DNA of 36,691 nucleotides from Candidatus Coatesbacteria bacterium (GTDB lineage Bacteria > JAFGND01), in NCBI GenBank assembly GCA_016927185.1, contig JAFGND010000039.1:1-36691 (forward strand), written 5' to 3'. Shown here piece after piece: positions 26,844 to 35,949 of this stretch; within the stretch, counting starts at the first letter, position 1, and each line of letters begins with the position of its first letter. Below the pieces are notes generated by a model. The model was not told the origin of the DNA, searched no databases, and saw only the letters and a list, made by a program, of their open reading frames with translations. Position numbers and translations under genes: made by a program.

Positions 26844-27521
26844 ATGCAAGAAAAGAAATCAGTTTTTCCAGTGCAGGCGACAAGATATTTGTCGCCTGTA
26901 TTTTTTCTGATAATTTCTTTTAGCAGATTGTTTTCATGGGAACCATCTCTATATAATGAAGGGTTTTTTATAGGAACAATGCCTTCATTAGATATATGGT
27001 TAGAAAACTGGAAGTATTCATCTAATTTAAACCCAAGTCAATTCTCGACACTTTGTGAGGCAAGAATAACGAATTCATACTCATTGAATGCAGAAGGAGG
27101 CTATTTTTTCAAGAAAAAGCATGGAATACTTGTTAATCTGTCACAACTAAGAGGGAATCTTGTTGAATTATCTTTCAATGAGACCAAAAGATCTTTTGCC
27201 TTGAATAATATCAACATGGGATATAGAAGATATATAAGATTTGATAGAAAATCAGAAATATTTATAGATGCTTGCCTGGGATATTTCTATGGTCAATCTA
27301 GCACGAAAGTTGATTTACCTTCACTGGAAATTCAAGGTGGAAGCATTAATGTTTCAGTAGGATATTTAAAAAGAATAATAGATCCACTTTTTATTGGTGG
27401 CAAGATAGGCTTTGCATCCAGCATCTATAACACCAGAGCAGCAAGCATGATTGAAACAAAGAAATTCTCTGATTCAAATCATATTATTAGATTTTATCCT
27501 TTTATAGAGGCGAATTTTTGA
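26844..27521 (+). CDS. Probable small outer-membrane beta-barrel protein
   Basis: Signal-like hydrophobic segment, alternating aromatic/Gly strands (LNAEGGYFF, INMGYRRY, INVSVGY, FIGGKIGF) and a terminal Phe (FYPFIEANF). Confidence 0.65.
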   Translation: MQEKKSVFPVQATRYLSPVFFLIISFSRLFSWEPSLYNEGFFIGTMPSLDIWLENWKYSSNLNPSQFSTLCEARITNSYSLNAEGGYFFKKKHGILVNLSQLRGNLVELSFNETKRSFALNNINMGYRRYIRFDRKSEIFIDACLGYFYGQSSTKVDLPSLEIQGGSINVSVGYLKRIIDPLFIGGKIGFASSIYNTRAASMIETKKFSDSNHIIRFYPFIEANF

Positions 27522-28129
27522 TGATTACTGAAGATAAAATTGCAATAAGAAATGCTTTATTGAAAGGTGAGATAGTTTGTTTGCCAACTGATACTTTTTA
27601 TTCACTCTCAGTAATTTACGATAATCTCATTTCATTAACTAATCTCTCTGATCTCAAAAAAACAGAGAATCCTATTCTATTACTTCTCCCATCAATTGCA
27701 CATTTAGAGCTGGTTTCATTTGAAGTCAATAATTTATGGTTAGGCTGGCTAGAGATGGTATGGCCTTCTGCAATAACATTTATTGTACCTGCAAGAAAAC
27801 TATTATATCCTGTTATAACCAGAGGAACTGAAAAAGTAGGTGTAAGAGTCCCTCAAAATCCTGATTTACTTGATTTACTTCTTGAGCTAGATAAACCGGT
27901 TACTGGTACAAGTGCTAATCCAATTAATCTTGATCCTGCAAGAAATCCACAGGAAGCAGAGAAGTACTTTCCTGATTTGAAGATCTGGAAATTGAATAAT
28001 TTTAATGAATCTAAAAAGCCAAGCACAATAATTGATCTTACCACAGAAAAACCAACTCTTTTAAGACAGGGAATTGTTGAAATAACAGACTTACCTCCAT
28101 TTCCATTAGTTCCTTTCAATGAATATTAG
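27518..28129 (+). CDS. tsaC: L-threonylcarbamoyladenylate synthase, single-domain YrdC/TsaC type
   Basis: PTDTFYSL, WPSAITF, VGVRVP, GTSAN, PSTIIDLT, LLRQG. No Sua5 C-terminal domain. The KxR motif is altered. Confidence 0.85.
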   Translation: MMITEDKIAIRNALLKGEIVCLPTDTFYSLSVIYDNLISLTNLSDLKKTENPILLLLPSIAHLELVSFEVNNLWLGWLEMVWPSAITFIVPARKLLYPVITRGTEKVGVRVPQNPDLLDLLLELDKPVTGTSANPINLDPARNPQEAEKYFPDLKIWKLNNFNESKKPSTIIDLTTEKPTLLRQGIVEITDLPPFPLVPFNEY

Positions 28130-28131
28130 AT

Positions 28132-29445
28132 ATGACATTTATTCTTCTTTTACTGATATCTTTATTAAGTCATGAAGATCTCCCCCTAAAAAGGGAGAGC
28201 ATTCAAGTAAGGCAAGGAGTTATATTAACAAAAATCACTCTTGGAACAGATGAAAGCAATATTTATATGGTTTATGTCCCTTACAAGCGACTAAGTGAAG
28301 CAAGATCCAGTTTTTCCAGATTGAAAAAATACGGGAATGCAAAATTATCAAAACATTCTGGATTAAACTGTGTTGTAGTTGGAGAATTCAAAAGCAGAGA
28401 AAGCGCATTGAATTTAAAAGATAATCTGAGGAATAAAGGTTTTAAAGCAAAAGTATATTATTCGGGTTTTGATCCTGAAAATGCACAAGGTCCTTGGGAA
28501 ATACGTATTCTTGAGCTTGATCCTATGGAAGTGGATCTTAGAATAGGAATAGCTAAAGGTAAAATAATTGGAACAGAGACAACAGGTAGTATTTGCCAGA
28601 GGAATCAGGCTTTAGCTGCTATTAATGCAGATTTTTTCAAACGAAATGGAGATCCATATTCAGCCGTAAAACATAAAGGGATATGGTATAGTGAACCAGA
28701 CCCGAAATATGAATCTATAGGTTTTTATAAACAGAATGGTCGTCAGAAAGTAATAATGGGGAAATTAAGATTTGAGGGTTCTGTTTTGATAAGCGGAATC
28801 AGATTTCAAATTGCAGGAATAAACAGGGAAAGGAAGAAGGGAGAAGGCAAAAAGCTCATGTATTACAATTCCTTCTATGACAATTATATTACTATAGACG
28901 ATGATGAGTGGGGCATTATTGTTTCAAGAGGCTTAATAAAGAGAGCGATAACTAGCAGAACAAAAGTAACTCTGGATAATTATGAGATACTATTAAAAGG
29001 AGTAGGGAAATCACCAATTGGTAAATCAAATATAGGTTTTCCATTAAATGTTAATCTTAATGCAATTTCAATTGATGGAAGACAAGGATTATGGCAAAAC
29101 TGTTCTGAAATAGCTTCTGGTTCTCATGTTATTTTAAGATCAGGCCAGGTATTTGTACCAAACAGATTTCAAAGCGGTTTTATAACTAGAAGGCATCCAA
29201 GATCAGTTTTGGCAGTTAAGAAAGATGGAAAAATCCTCTTTGTTACTATTGACGGCAGGAAAGCAGGATATTCAGTAGGAATGACTCTCAAGGAAATTGC
29301 AAGAATGCTCAAGAAGATTGGAGCTGTGGAAGCTTTTAATTTCGATGGAGGTGGAAGTACAACTCTTTTTGTAGATGGCAAGGTTGTTAATTATACTTCT
29401 GATGGACATCAAAGACCTATTGCAACGGCGATTTTAGTTTTTTAG
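28132..29445 (+). CDS. Phosphodiester glycosidase (NAGPA/DUF2233) family protein with a SPOR-like domain
   Basis: Signal peptide. VVVGEFKSRESA..LK..L..KGF.A (SPOR-like). AAINADFF, RHPRS, TIDGR...SVGMTL.E, AFNFDGGGST, RPIATAI. Confidence 0.9.
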   Translation: MTFILLLLISLLSHEDLPLKRESIQVRQGVILTKITLGTDESNIYMVYVPYKRLSEARSSFSRLKKYGNAKLSKHSGLNCVVVGEFKSRESALNLKDNLRNKGFKAKVYYSGFDPENAQGPWEIRILELDPMEVDLRIGIAKGKIIGTETTGSICQRNQALAAINADFFKRNGDPYSAVKHKGIWYSEPDPKYESIGFYKQNGRQKVIMGKLRFEGSVLISGIRFQIAGINRERKKGEGKKLMYYNSFYDNYITIDDDEWGIIVSRGLIKRAITSRTKVTLDNYEILLKGVGKSPIGKSNIGFPLNVNLNAISIDGRQGLWQNCSEIASGSHVILRSGQVFVPNRFQSGFITRRHPRSVLAVKKDGKILFVTIDGRKAGYSVGMTLKEIARMLKKIGAVEAFNFDGGGSTTLFVDGKVVNYTSDGHQRPIATAILVF

Positions 29446-29506
29446 GAATTCACTTGACACAGTTCATGTAATATAAGTTGAATTAAGTTCAAGATTGGAT
29501 TAAAAA

Positions 29507-31057
29507 ATGGGATATTATAATAGAAAGACTTCAAGAAAAAGCAAGTACATAATAATCATTTTAATTATGGTCATAATAACAGGTATATTTTTCTCATTTA
29601 TAAAGTGCTCAGCTAATAAAGGGAATCAAGGGGATTCGAAGAATCCTGTGAAGATAAATATGCAGCAAGCTGCAAAATTAATGACTTCCTCTATTGATAC
29701 ATCATCTCAGGCGGTTAAGGACGAGATAAATATCCTGGCCTTGGGACTTGATACAAGAGCAGGACAAACAAGAGAAACCTCAAGAGCAGATGCAATAATA
29801 CTTATTACTGTATATCCAAGAAAGGCGAAATTTGAAATACTCGCTTTTGGCAGGGATATGGAAGTTGATACTGTTGATATTGTTGATAAACAAGGGAAAC
29901 CAATAGTAAGATTATCTGAAGATGAGGAAGCAAGTGAGACTCCTGAAGAAGACAGCGATGAGAAAAATGAGAAAGTAGATAAGAAACCCCCTGATGAAAC
30001 TAAAAAAGAAGATATAGCTGATGAAAAAACAGAAAAGAAAAAGGAGACAGTAAAGAAGAAAAAACCTGGAAGCAGAATGGATAAAATAGCTCATGTTTAT
30101 CTAGAGTCAAGAGGTGGAAGGGAAAAACTGATAAAAGTAGTGGAAAAATTGTCTCATAAAAAAGTAGATTATTATGCTGAAGTAGGTTTTTCGCAGATAA
30201 TTGGATTAATGAATTTTCTGGGATTGAATGGGGTGGATGCTCTAAAGTATCTTCGTCACAGGAAGAGCTCTTTAGCTCCAAACACGTATCAGAGAGCCAT
30301 GAATCAAGCTACATTTATTCGCTATGCAGCTGTGAAATATTTCCCCAAAGCTGCAGGTTTTAAACGAACATTTGTTGTAAGTTCTTTCAGTTATCTTTCA
30401 ACAAATATGAAACCTGAAGTGGCACTTGGATGTATATCTTTATTGGAAAAGAGGGGAGTAAAAAAAGAAAATTTTACTGTAAGCGTATTCAATTATAATG
30501 CAGGGATAAAGGATAATGAATACGATCCCAGCAAAGTTTCTGAATATCTTAGTGATTGGCAGAAAAAGCATGTTTCTACTACTTCTCAAAGTGATTTCAA
30601 AATAGCAGCAAGAATATTCAGAGCAATAAAAGACTATGAAGATTCAATAAATGAGATTAAAGAGCTGAGAACGCAGAAACCCAAAACCCCAAAAGATCGG
30701 AAAATATACTTAGTGAAACTTCAAACAGCCAGTTCCAAAAACAGGAATGCAGTCAAAAGAGCAAAGAATTTTTTTGAACAGCAATTATGGTGGCAAGAAC
30801 CGGATAAAGTAAAACAGCAAGAAGCAAAGAAAGCATTGATTACTTTCATGGAAGACTATTACAAAAAACAGATAGAGATTTATAAGAAAGCATTAGAAAA
30901 AGCAAATTTAAGTAATAATAAGAAACTTGCACTAGAAAAGCAGAAAAAAAATAATGAAGAGGCATTGAAACAGTTATATATTTTTGTCAGGGGAGATACT
31001 GCAGACATTGAAAAAGTCATTCCTGCTCCACAAATAATTGTATTCAAGAAAAAATAG
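29507..31057 (+). CDS. LytR-CpsA-Psr (LCP) family protein, atypical
   Basis: N-terminal TM. NILALGLDTR, SRADAIIL, FGRD, KIAHVY..GG, VDYYAEVGF, ALKYLRHR, QRAMNQ. Lys-rich helical C-terminus. TTGACA at 29454-29459 upstream. Confidence 0.85.
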   Translation: MGYYNRKTSRKSKYIIIILIMVIITGIFFSFIKCSANKGNQGDSKNPVKINMQQAAKLMTSSIDTSSQAVKDEINILALGLDTRAGQTRETSRADAIILITVYPRKAKFEILAFGRDMEVDTVDIVDKQGKPIVRLSEDEEASETPEEDSDEKNEKVDKKPPDETKKEDIADEKTEKKKETVKKKKPGSRMDKIAHVYLESRGGREKLIKVVEKLSHKKVDYYAEVGFSQIIGLMNFLGLNGVDALKYLRHRKSSLAPNTYQRAMNQATFIRYAAVKYFPKAAGFKRTFVVSSFSYLSTNMKPEVALGCISLLEKRGVKKENFTVSVFNYNAGIKDNEYDPSKVSEYLSDWQKKHVSTTSQSDFKIAARIFRAIKDYEDSINEIKELRTQKPKTPKDRKIYLVKLQTASSKNRNAVKRAKNFFEQQLWWQEPDKVKQQEAKKALITFMEDYYKKQIEIYKKALEKANLSNNKKLALEKQKKNNEEALKQLYIFVRGDTADIEKVIPAPQIIVFKKK

Positions 31058-31059
31058 AG

Positions 31060-31326
31060 ATGAAATTCTTCAGATACAGAAAGCCTTCAATTAATTCCTT
31101 ATTGGGAATTACCCAGTTTAAAAGAAAGGTTTCTCATGCAACTGGTTTAGGGCTACTCAAACTCCTGACATCAAGATCAAGACAGAAGCAGTATATTTAT
31201 CAGAAAATTGGATTATATAGCCCCAAGATAACACCATTCAGGCAAATAGCAAAAGGACGCATAAAAACACCTCTTGGTTGCGGATGCGTTTTAAACTTGA
31301 TATTAAGGAGCTTGGGAATTTGCTGA
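31060..31326 (+). CDS. Small, highly basic hypothetical protein
   Basis: 88 aa, starting 2 nt after the LCP stop and filling the gap to mutS2. No Asp or Glu. C-terminal GCGC plus a hydrophobic tail. Confidence 0.6.
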   Translation: MKFFRYRKPSINSLLGITQFKRKVSHATGLGLLKLLTSRSRQKQYIYQKIGLYSPKITPFRQIAKGRIKTPLGCGCVLNLILRSLGIC

Positions 31327-31345
31327 GAAGACTATATTTGAAGAA

Positions 31346-33658
31346 TTAAATATTCAATTCAACTTTTGTAGCTCCAATTCCTCCTTCTCTTCGCTCAGAA
31401 GAGTAGTATTTTTTCACATTGGGATTTCCTGAAAGATACAGATGAACTTCTTCCCTGAGTGCTCCAGTACCTTTACCATGAATTATCCTGACAACTTTTA
31501 ACTGGTTTCTGATAGCCTCATCAATGAATTTATCTAATATAGAAACTATCTCATCTCTGTACATTCCTCTGATATCAATTTCCAGTTTAGGTTCTTTATC
31601 TTCTTCCTTGAAACTGAAGCTCTTTTCCTTGCTTTTTAAATTGTCTACTATCTCTATTTCATCAATATTGACTTTGGAGTAACAAGAACCTAATCTTACA
31701 TTAACTTTGTTGTCTGGGAATATTTTTTCAATAATACCAGTTTGCTTGAGATTTGTTATATAGACAGTCTGCCCAACACTTATTTTCACATTATCTTTGT
31801 ATTTCTTGCCGTTCTTTTCATCTTTAGGGAGATATTTCAGGAGTTTTTCTCTTGTTTCCTTGATGGTTTCTTTGCTTGCAGTACTTTGTTTTATTCTTGC
31901 CACTTCTTCTTCAATTAATCTTTTTGCTCCATAAATAAGATCTTGTGCTTGTTTTTTTGCATCATCCTTGATTTGTCTTATTTCTTTATCAATGTTCTTC
32001 AGTCTTTTTGAGGATTCTTCATTCATTGCTTTTGCCTGAGAGACTTGCCATTTTGCTTCCAATCTTTCCTTCTGAGCTTCTTCTACCTCAAATGACAATT
32101 TGTTGATAAGGTTAATCCAGATTAATTTCGATATATCAAGAAACTCTCTTGCTTTTTTCATTAACCAAGAAGGGATACCTATTCGTTCTGCTATTTCAAA
32201 GCCATACGATTTTCCTGGAATTCCCTCCCTTAATTTGTAAAGTGGCATAAGGTTTTCTTCACTGAAAGACATTGAAGCAGCAATAAAACCTTCTTCCTGG
32301 AGAGGAAGTGATTTCAAGAAATTCAAGTGAGTAGTTACAGCAGTAGTTATATGCTTGTTTCTTAACTCAATAAGCAAAGCTGCACCTATTGAAGCACCTT
32401 CATCAGGATCTGTTGATGTTCCAAGTTCGTCCAGCAAGACAAGCGAGAATTCATTAGCTTCATTTATTATTCTCTTAATATAATTAATATGAGCAGAATA
32501 AGTACTTATCTGATTTTCTATGCTCTGTTTATCTCCCATATCCACATATATTTTTTCAAAGAAGGGAATTTCGGTTCCAGCATTTGAAATAACAGGAAGG
32601 GCAGCTTTTAGCATTACTGCTGCAATTCCGATATTCTTCAAAACAACTGTCTTGCCTCCTGCATTTGGACCTGAAATAATTAAAACCGGATTTTCTCTTT
32701 TCCAGCTTATGTTCAAAGGAATTACTTCTGAAGAACTACCAATAAGGAGTGGATGTTTCATATCTGCTAGGCATATATTGCCATTCTCAGAGATAGATGG
32801 TATTATAGCTTTATATTCTGACATATATGTTGAAACAGATTGAAGATAATCCAGCTCCTTTATGATATCAAAGTTATATTCGATTTCCTTCAATACAGCT
32901 CTTATCTCATCACATAAAATGAGAATTATGCGTTTCATTTCTTCTTCCTCTTCCTCTTGAATCTGTCTCCATCTGTTATTTAGAGGAAGCAGGGATATAG
33001 GTTCTATATAGAAAGTCTGTCCAGTACCACTTTTCCCATGAAATAATCCCTGGTATTGTGAAGCATAATGACAGTCTACAGGCAGCACATATCTATTTTC
33101 TCTTATTGTTGGTTGAGCATCAGATAAGTATTTATTTGACTTGATTTCTTTCTGGATAAGGGAATGGATTTTTCCGAATATGCTTTTCTTTTCAAGCCTT
33201 ATATTTCTTAACTCACTAGATGCATCATCTTTTATTTCCCCATTTTCATCGATAGTCTTGTTTATATGTTTTTCCAATTCCGGCATTCTTACCAGACAAG
33301 CAACGAAATCGAATACCAAAGGTGCTCTGTTTTTGTTTTTGCTATAAAAATCATATGTTTCATTAACAATAAGAAAGAATTTCTTGAGTTCCAGAATAAG
33401 AGATGTCTTCACAATCAAGCTCTTCTTGAATTCATTTATATCAAGATCTATATGATAAATGGAAACCTTCATTCCTTCAGAATAGAGTCTATAAACCTCA
33501 TCAATCTTCTTATATTCTTTTCTTATGGATATAATATCATTCTGCCATTTATAATCAAATAGCTGATTTAGCCTTGAAAATCTTGATACATTTTTGATTA
33601 TCTTGTCTAGTTCTAAGGAATTATATTCAGCAGATTCTAATGGGCAGGATTCATTCAT
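31346..33658 (-). CDS. mutS2: Endonuclease MutS2 (ATPase, coiled coil, KOW and Smr domains)
   Basis: DDASSEL..IR, SGTGQTFYIEP, HPLL, ISGPNAGGKT, DMGDKQSI...STYS, LLDELG..TDPDEG, TTH, GIPGKSY. Smr motifs IDIRGM and IIHGKGTGALR. Confidence 0.96.
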   Translation of the reverse strand: MNESCPLESAEYNSLELDKIIKNVSRFSRLNQLFDYKWQNDIISIRKEYKKIDEVYRLYSEGMKVSIYHIDLDINEFKKSLIVKTSLILELKKFFLIVNETYDFYSKNKNRAPLVFDFVACLVRMPELEKHINKTIDENGEIKDDASSELRNIRLEKKSIFGKIHSLIQKEIKSNKYLSDAQPTIRENRYVLPVDCHYASQYQGLFHGKSGTGQTFYIEPISLLPLNNRWRQIQEEEEEEMKRIILILCDEIRAVLKEIEYNFDIIKELDYLQSVSTYMSEYKAIIPSISENGNICLADMKHPLLIGSSSEVIPLNISWKRENPVLIISGPNAGGKTVVLKNIGIAAVMLKAALPVISNAGTEIPFFEKIYVDMGDKQSIENQISTYSAHINYIKRIINEANEFSLVLLDELGTSTDPDEGASIGAALLIELRNKHITTAVTTHLNFLKSLPLQEEGFIAASMSFSEENLMPLYKLREGIPGKSYGFEIAERIGIPSWLMKKAREFLDISKLIWINLINKLSFEVEEAQKERLEAKWQVSQAKAMNEESSKRLKNIDKEIRQIKDDAKKQAQDLIYGAKRLIEEEVARIKQSTASKETIKETREKLLKYLPKDEKNGKKYKDNVKISVGQTVYITNLKQTGIIEKIFPDNKVNVRLGSCYSKVNIDEIEIVDNLKSKEKSFSFKEEDKEPKLEIDIRGMYRDEIVSILDKFIDEAIRNQLKVVRIIHGKGTGALREEVHLYLSGNPNVKKYYSSERREGGIGATKVELNI

Positions 33659-35861
33659 TGCAGGGTTTAAGAATGGAAACTCCGAGAGGAGGGAGATTAA
33701 TAGATATGTTTTGCTCTAAATTGTGCCATGATCCTCTTGCAGGAATAAGGAGATTTTTGTTTAGAACATCAGAACCCCAATACTTAAGGTTATCACTGTT
33801 AAAGATTTCCTTATAGGGAACATTAAAAGGGACACCAAATCTATAATCGTATCTTACAACTGGAGTAAAATTGCAGACAAATATCAGATGATCAGGTCTA
33901 TATTTTGAATATCTTATGAAGATAATCACTGAGTTCTCATTGTCCATAAAGTCAATCCAGGAAAAGCCTTCAGGTTTAGAATCTAGTTCCCATAATGATT
34001 TTTCTTCCAGATATAAATGATTAAGGTCTTTTACGAAATTCTTCAATTTTATGTGACAATCATAATCAAGTAACAACCAATCTAGTTCAAACTTGAATGC
34101 CCATTCGATGTACTGACCAAATTCTCCTCCCATGAATACCAGCTTTTTTCCGGGATGACCAAACATATATGTATATAGTAATCTCAAATTGGCAAATTGC
34201 TGCCATTGGTCATTTGGCATCTTATTAAGAAGTGATCGTTTCCCATGAACAACTTCATCGTGACTTAAAGGCAAAATGAAATTCTCACTATGAGCATAAA
34301 CTAGACTGAAAGCCAAAATACCATGTTTGAATTTCCTGTAAACTGGATCGGCTTTCATATAGTCAAGAATATCATTCATCCATCCCATATTCCATTTAAA
34401 TCCAAAACCCAAACCTCCAAGATAAGTTGGATGAGTAACACCTGACCAACTTGTAGATTCTTCAGCCGCTGTAAAAATCCCTTTGAATCTCTCATAAATT
34501 ATACGATTGAACTTCTGTATGAATTTAATTGATTCAATATTCTCTCTACCGCCATATTGATTAGGCAACCATTCTCCATTTTCGCGAGAATAGTCAAGAT
34601 ACAGCATTGAAGCGACTGCATCAACTCTAAGTCCATCTATATGATAATAATCAAGCCAGTAAATTGCATTAGCAATAAGGAAATTACTTACTTCATTTCT
34701 TCCGAAATTAAAAACCTTAGTACCCCAATCCTTATGCTCTCCTTTTCTTGGATCAGCATGTTCATAAAGATATGTACCATCGAAATAAGCTAAGCCATGG
34801 CTATCTTTTGGGAAGTGTGCTGGCACCCAGTCAAGTATGACACCTATATCATACTTATGGAATTTATCAACAAGATACATGAAATCCTTGGGAAATCCAA
34901 ATCTTCTCGTAGGGGCATAGAAATTTGTGACTTGATATCCCCATGATGCATCTAGTGGATGTTCAGCTATTGGAAGTAGTTCAATATGGGTATATCCCAT
35001 TTCCTTAATATAAGGTACTAAAATATCTGCAATAGTCCTATAATCAAGGAAATCATCCTCTCCTGAACCTGCTTTCTTCCATGAACCAAGATGTACTTCA
35101 TAAATATTCAATGGTTTTTCCCAGATCTTGCTTTCTGCTCTCTTTTCCATCCAGTTCTGATCATTCCATCTGAAGCCTTTCAAATCATAGACAATATTAG
35201 CTGTTTTTGGTCTAAGCTCATTACAAAATGCAAAAGGATCTGATTTAATGTGAGGAACGCCAGATTTGTCTTTTACTTCATATTTATAAAGATCTCCCTC
35301 TTTAACTCCCGGAATGAATATTTCCCAAATTCCGCTTGGTCTGTGCCTCATTACATGTCTTCTGCCATCCCATTCATTAAAGCTTCCTATAACTGATACT
35401 CTTAGTGCATTTGGTGCCCATACGGCAAAGAAAACTCCTGTTATATCATTTATAGTCATTAGGTGACTGCCTAGTTTTTCATAGATATCGAGATGATTTC
35501 CTTCTGCATATAAGTGCAAATCATAATCCGAAAAAAACGGACCGAAACGGTATGGATCTTCTGCTTCCCAAATATTATCATCTTTGGAAATCAGGTATTT
35601 ATATGGAAAAAAGGTTTTTCGATTGATAACAATTTCAAAAATACCTGCTGGATGAATCTTTGCCATTGTTCTCTGAAATTTACCGAATTTCAACTCTATT
35701 TTATTCGCATTTGGAACAAAAGTTCTTATAACAATATAATGCTTTTTATTTTTTTCGAAAAGATGCTGTCCCAGAATATCGAAAGGTGTATGATAATTTG
35801 AATTGGCAATTGCATCCAACTCAGCTGGGGATGGACTAAAATTCATATTCATTGTATTCAA
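33651..35861 (-). CDS. glgB: 1,4-alpha-glucan branching enzyme (GH13)
   Basis: FAVWAPNA, IYEVHLGSW, SWGYQ, DWVPAHFP, catalytic RVDAVASM, AEES and SHDEVVHGK. Start is either TTG 35861 or ATG 35852. Confidence 0.98.
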   Translation of the reverse strand: MNTMNMNFSPSPAELDAIANSNYHTPFDILGQHLFEKNKKHYIVIRTFVPNANKIELKFGKFQRTMAKIHPAGIFEIVINRKTFFPYKYLISKDDNIWEAEDPYRFGPFFSDYDLHLYAEGNHLDIYEKLGSHLMTINDITGVFFAVWAPNALRVSVIGSFNEWDGRRHVMRHRPSGIWEIFIPGVKEGDLYKYEVKDKSGVPHIKSDPFAFCNELRPKTANIVYDLKGFRWNDQNWMEKRAESKIWEKPLNIYEVHLGSWKKAGSGEDDFLDYRTIADILVPYIKEMGYTHIELLPIAEHPLDASWGYQVTNFYAPTRRFGFPKDFMYLVDKFHKYDIGVILDWVPAHFPKDSHGLAYFDGTYLYEHADPRKGEHKDWGTKVFNFGRNEVSNFLIANAIYWLDYYHIDGLRVDAVASMLYLDYSRENGEWLPNQYGGRENIESIKFIQKFNRIIYERFKGIFTAAEESTSWSGVTHPTYLGGLGFGFKWNMGWMNDILDYMKADPVYRKFKHGILAFSLVYAHSENFILPLSHDEVVHGKRSLLNKMPNDQWQQFANLRLLYTYMFGHPGKKLVFMGGEFGQYIEWAFKFELDWLLLDYDCHIKLKNFVKDLNHLYLEEKSLWELDSKPEGFSWIDFMDNENSVIIFIRYSKYRPDHLIFVCNFTPVVRYDYRFGVPFNVPYKEIFNSDNLKYWGSDVLNKNLLIPARGSWHNLEQNISINLPPLGVSILKPCNE

Positions 35862-35949
35862 AAACCTTATTTGCTATACTTTAGTCAAGTATTATATAAA
35901 TAACTTGCAAAGCAATAAGTCAAATATAGCTGTGGCAAAGTTAATCAAT
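35862..35949. promoter_or_regulatory. Divergent promoter region between glgB and amrS
   Basis: Two minus-strand TTGACT boxes (35923-35918 and 35888-35883) face glgB. A plus-strand TTGCAA (35905-35910) faces amrS. Confidence 0.4.

Noticed and set aside
25893..29484. TAAGTTGAATT shared by two intergenic regions (25893-25903 and 29474-29484)
   Set aside because: Only two AT-rich copies, on opposite sides of their TTGACA boxes. Not distinguishable from chance here.
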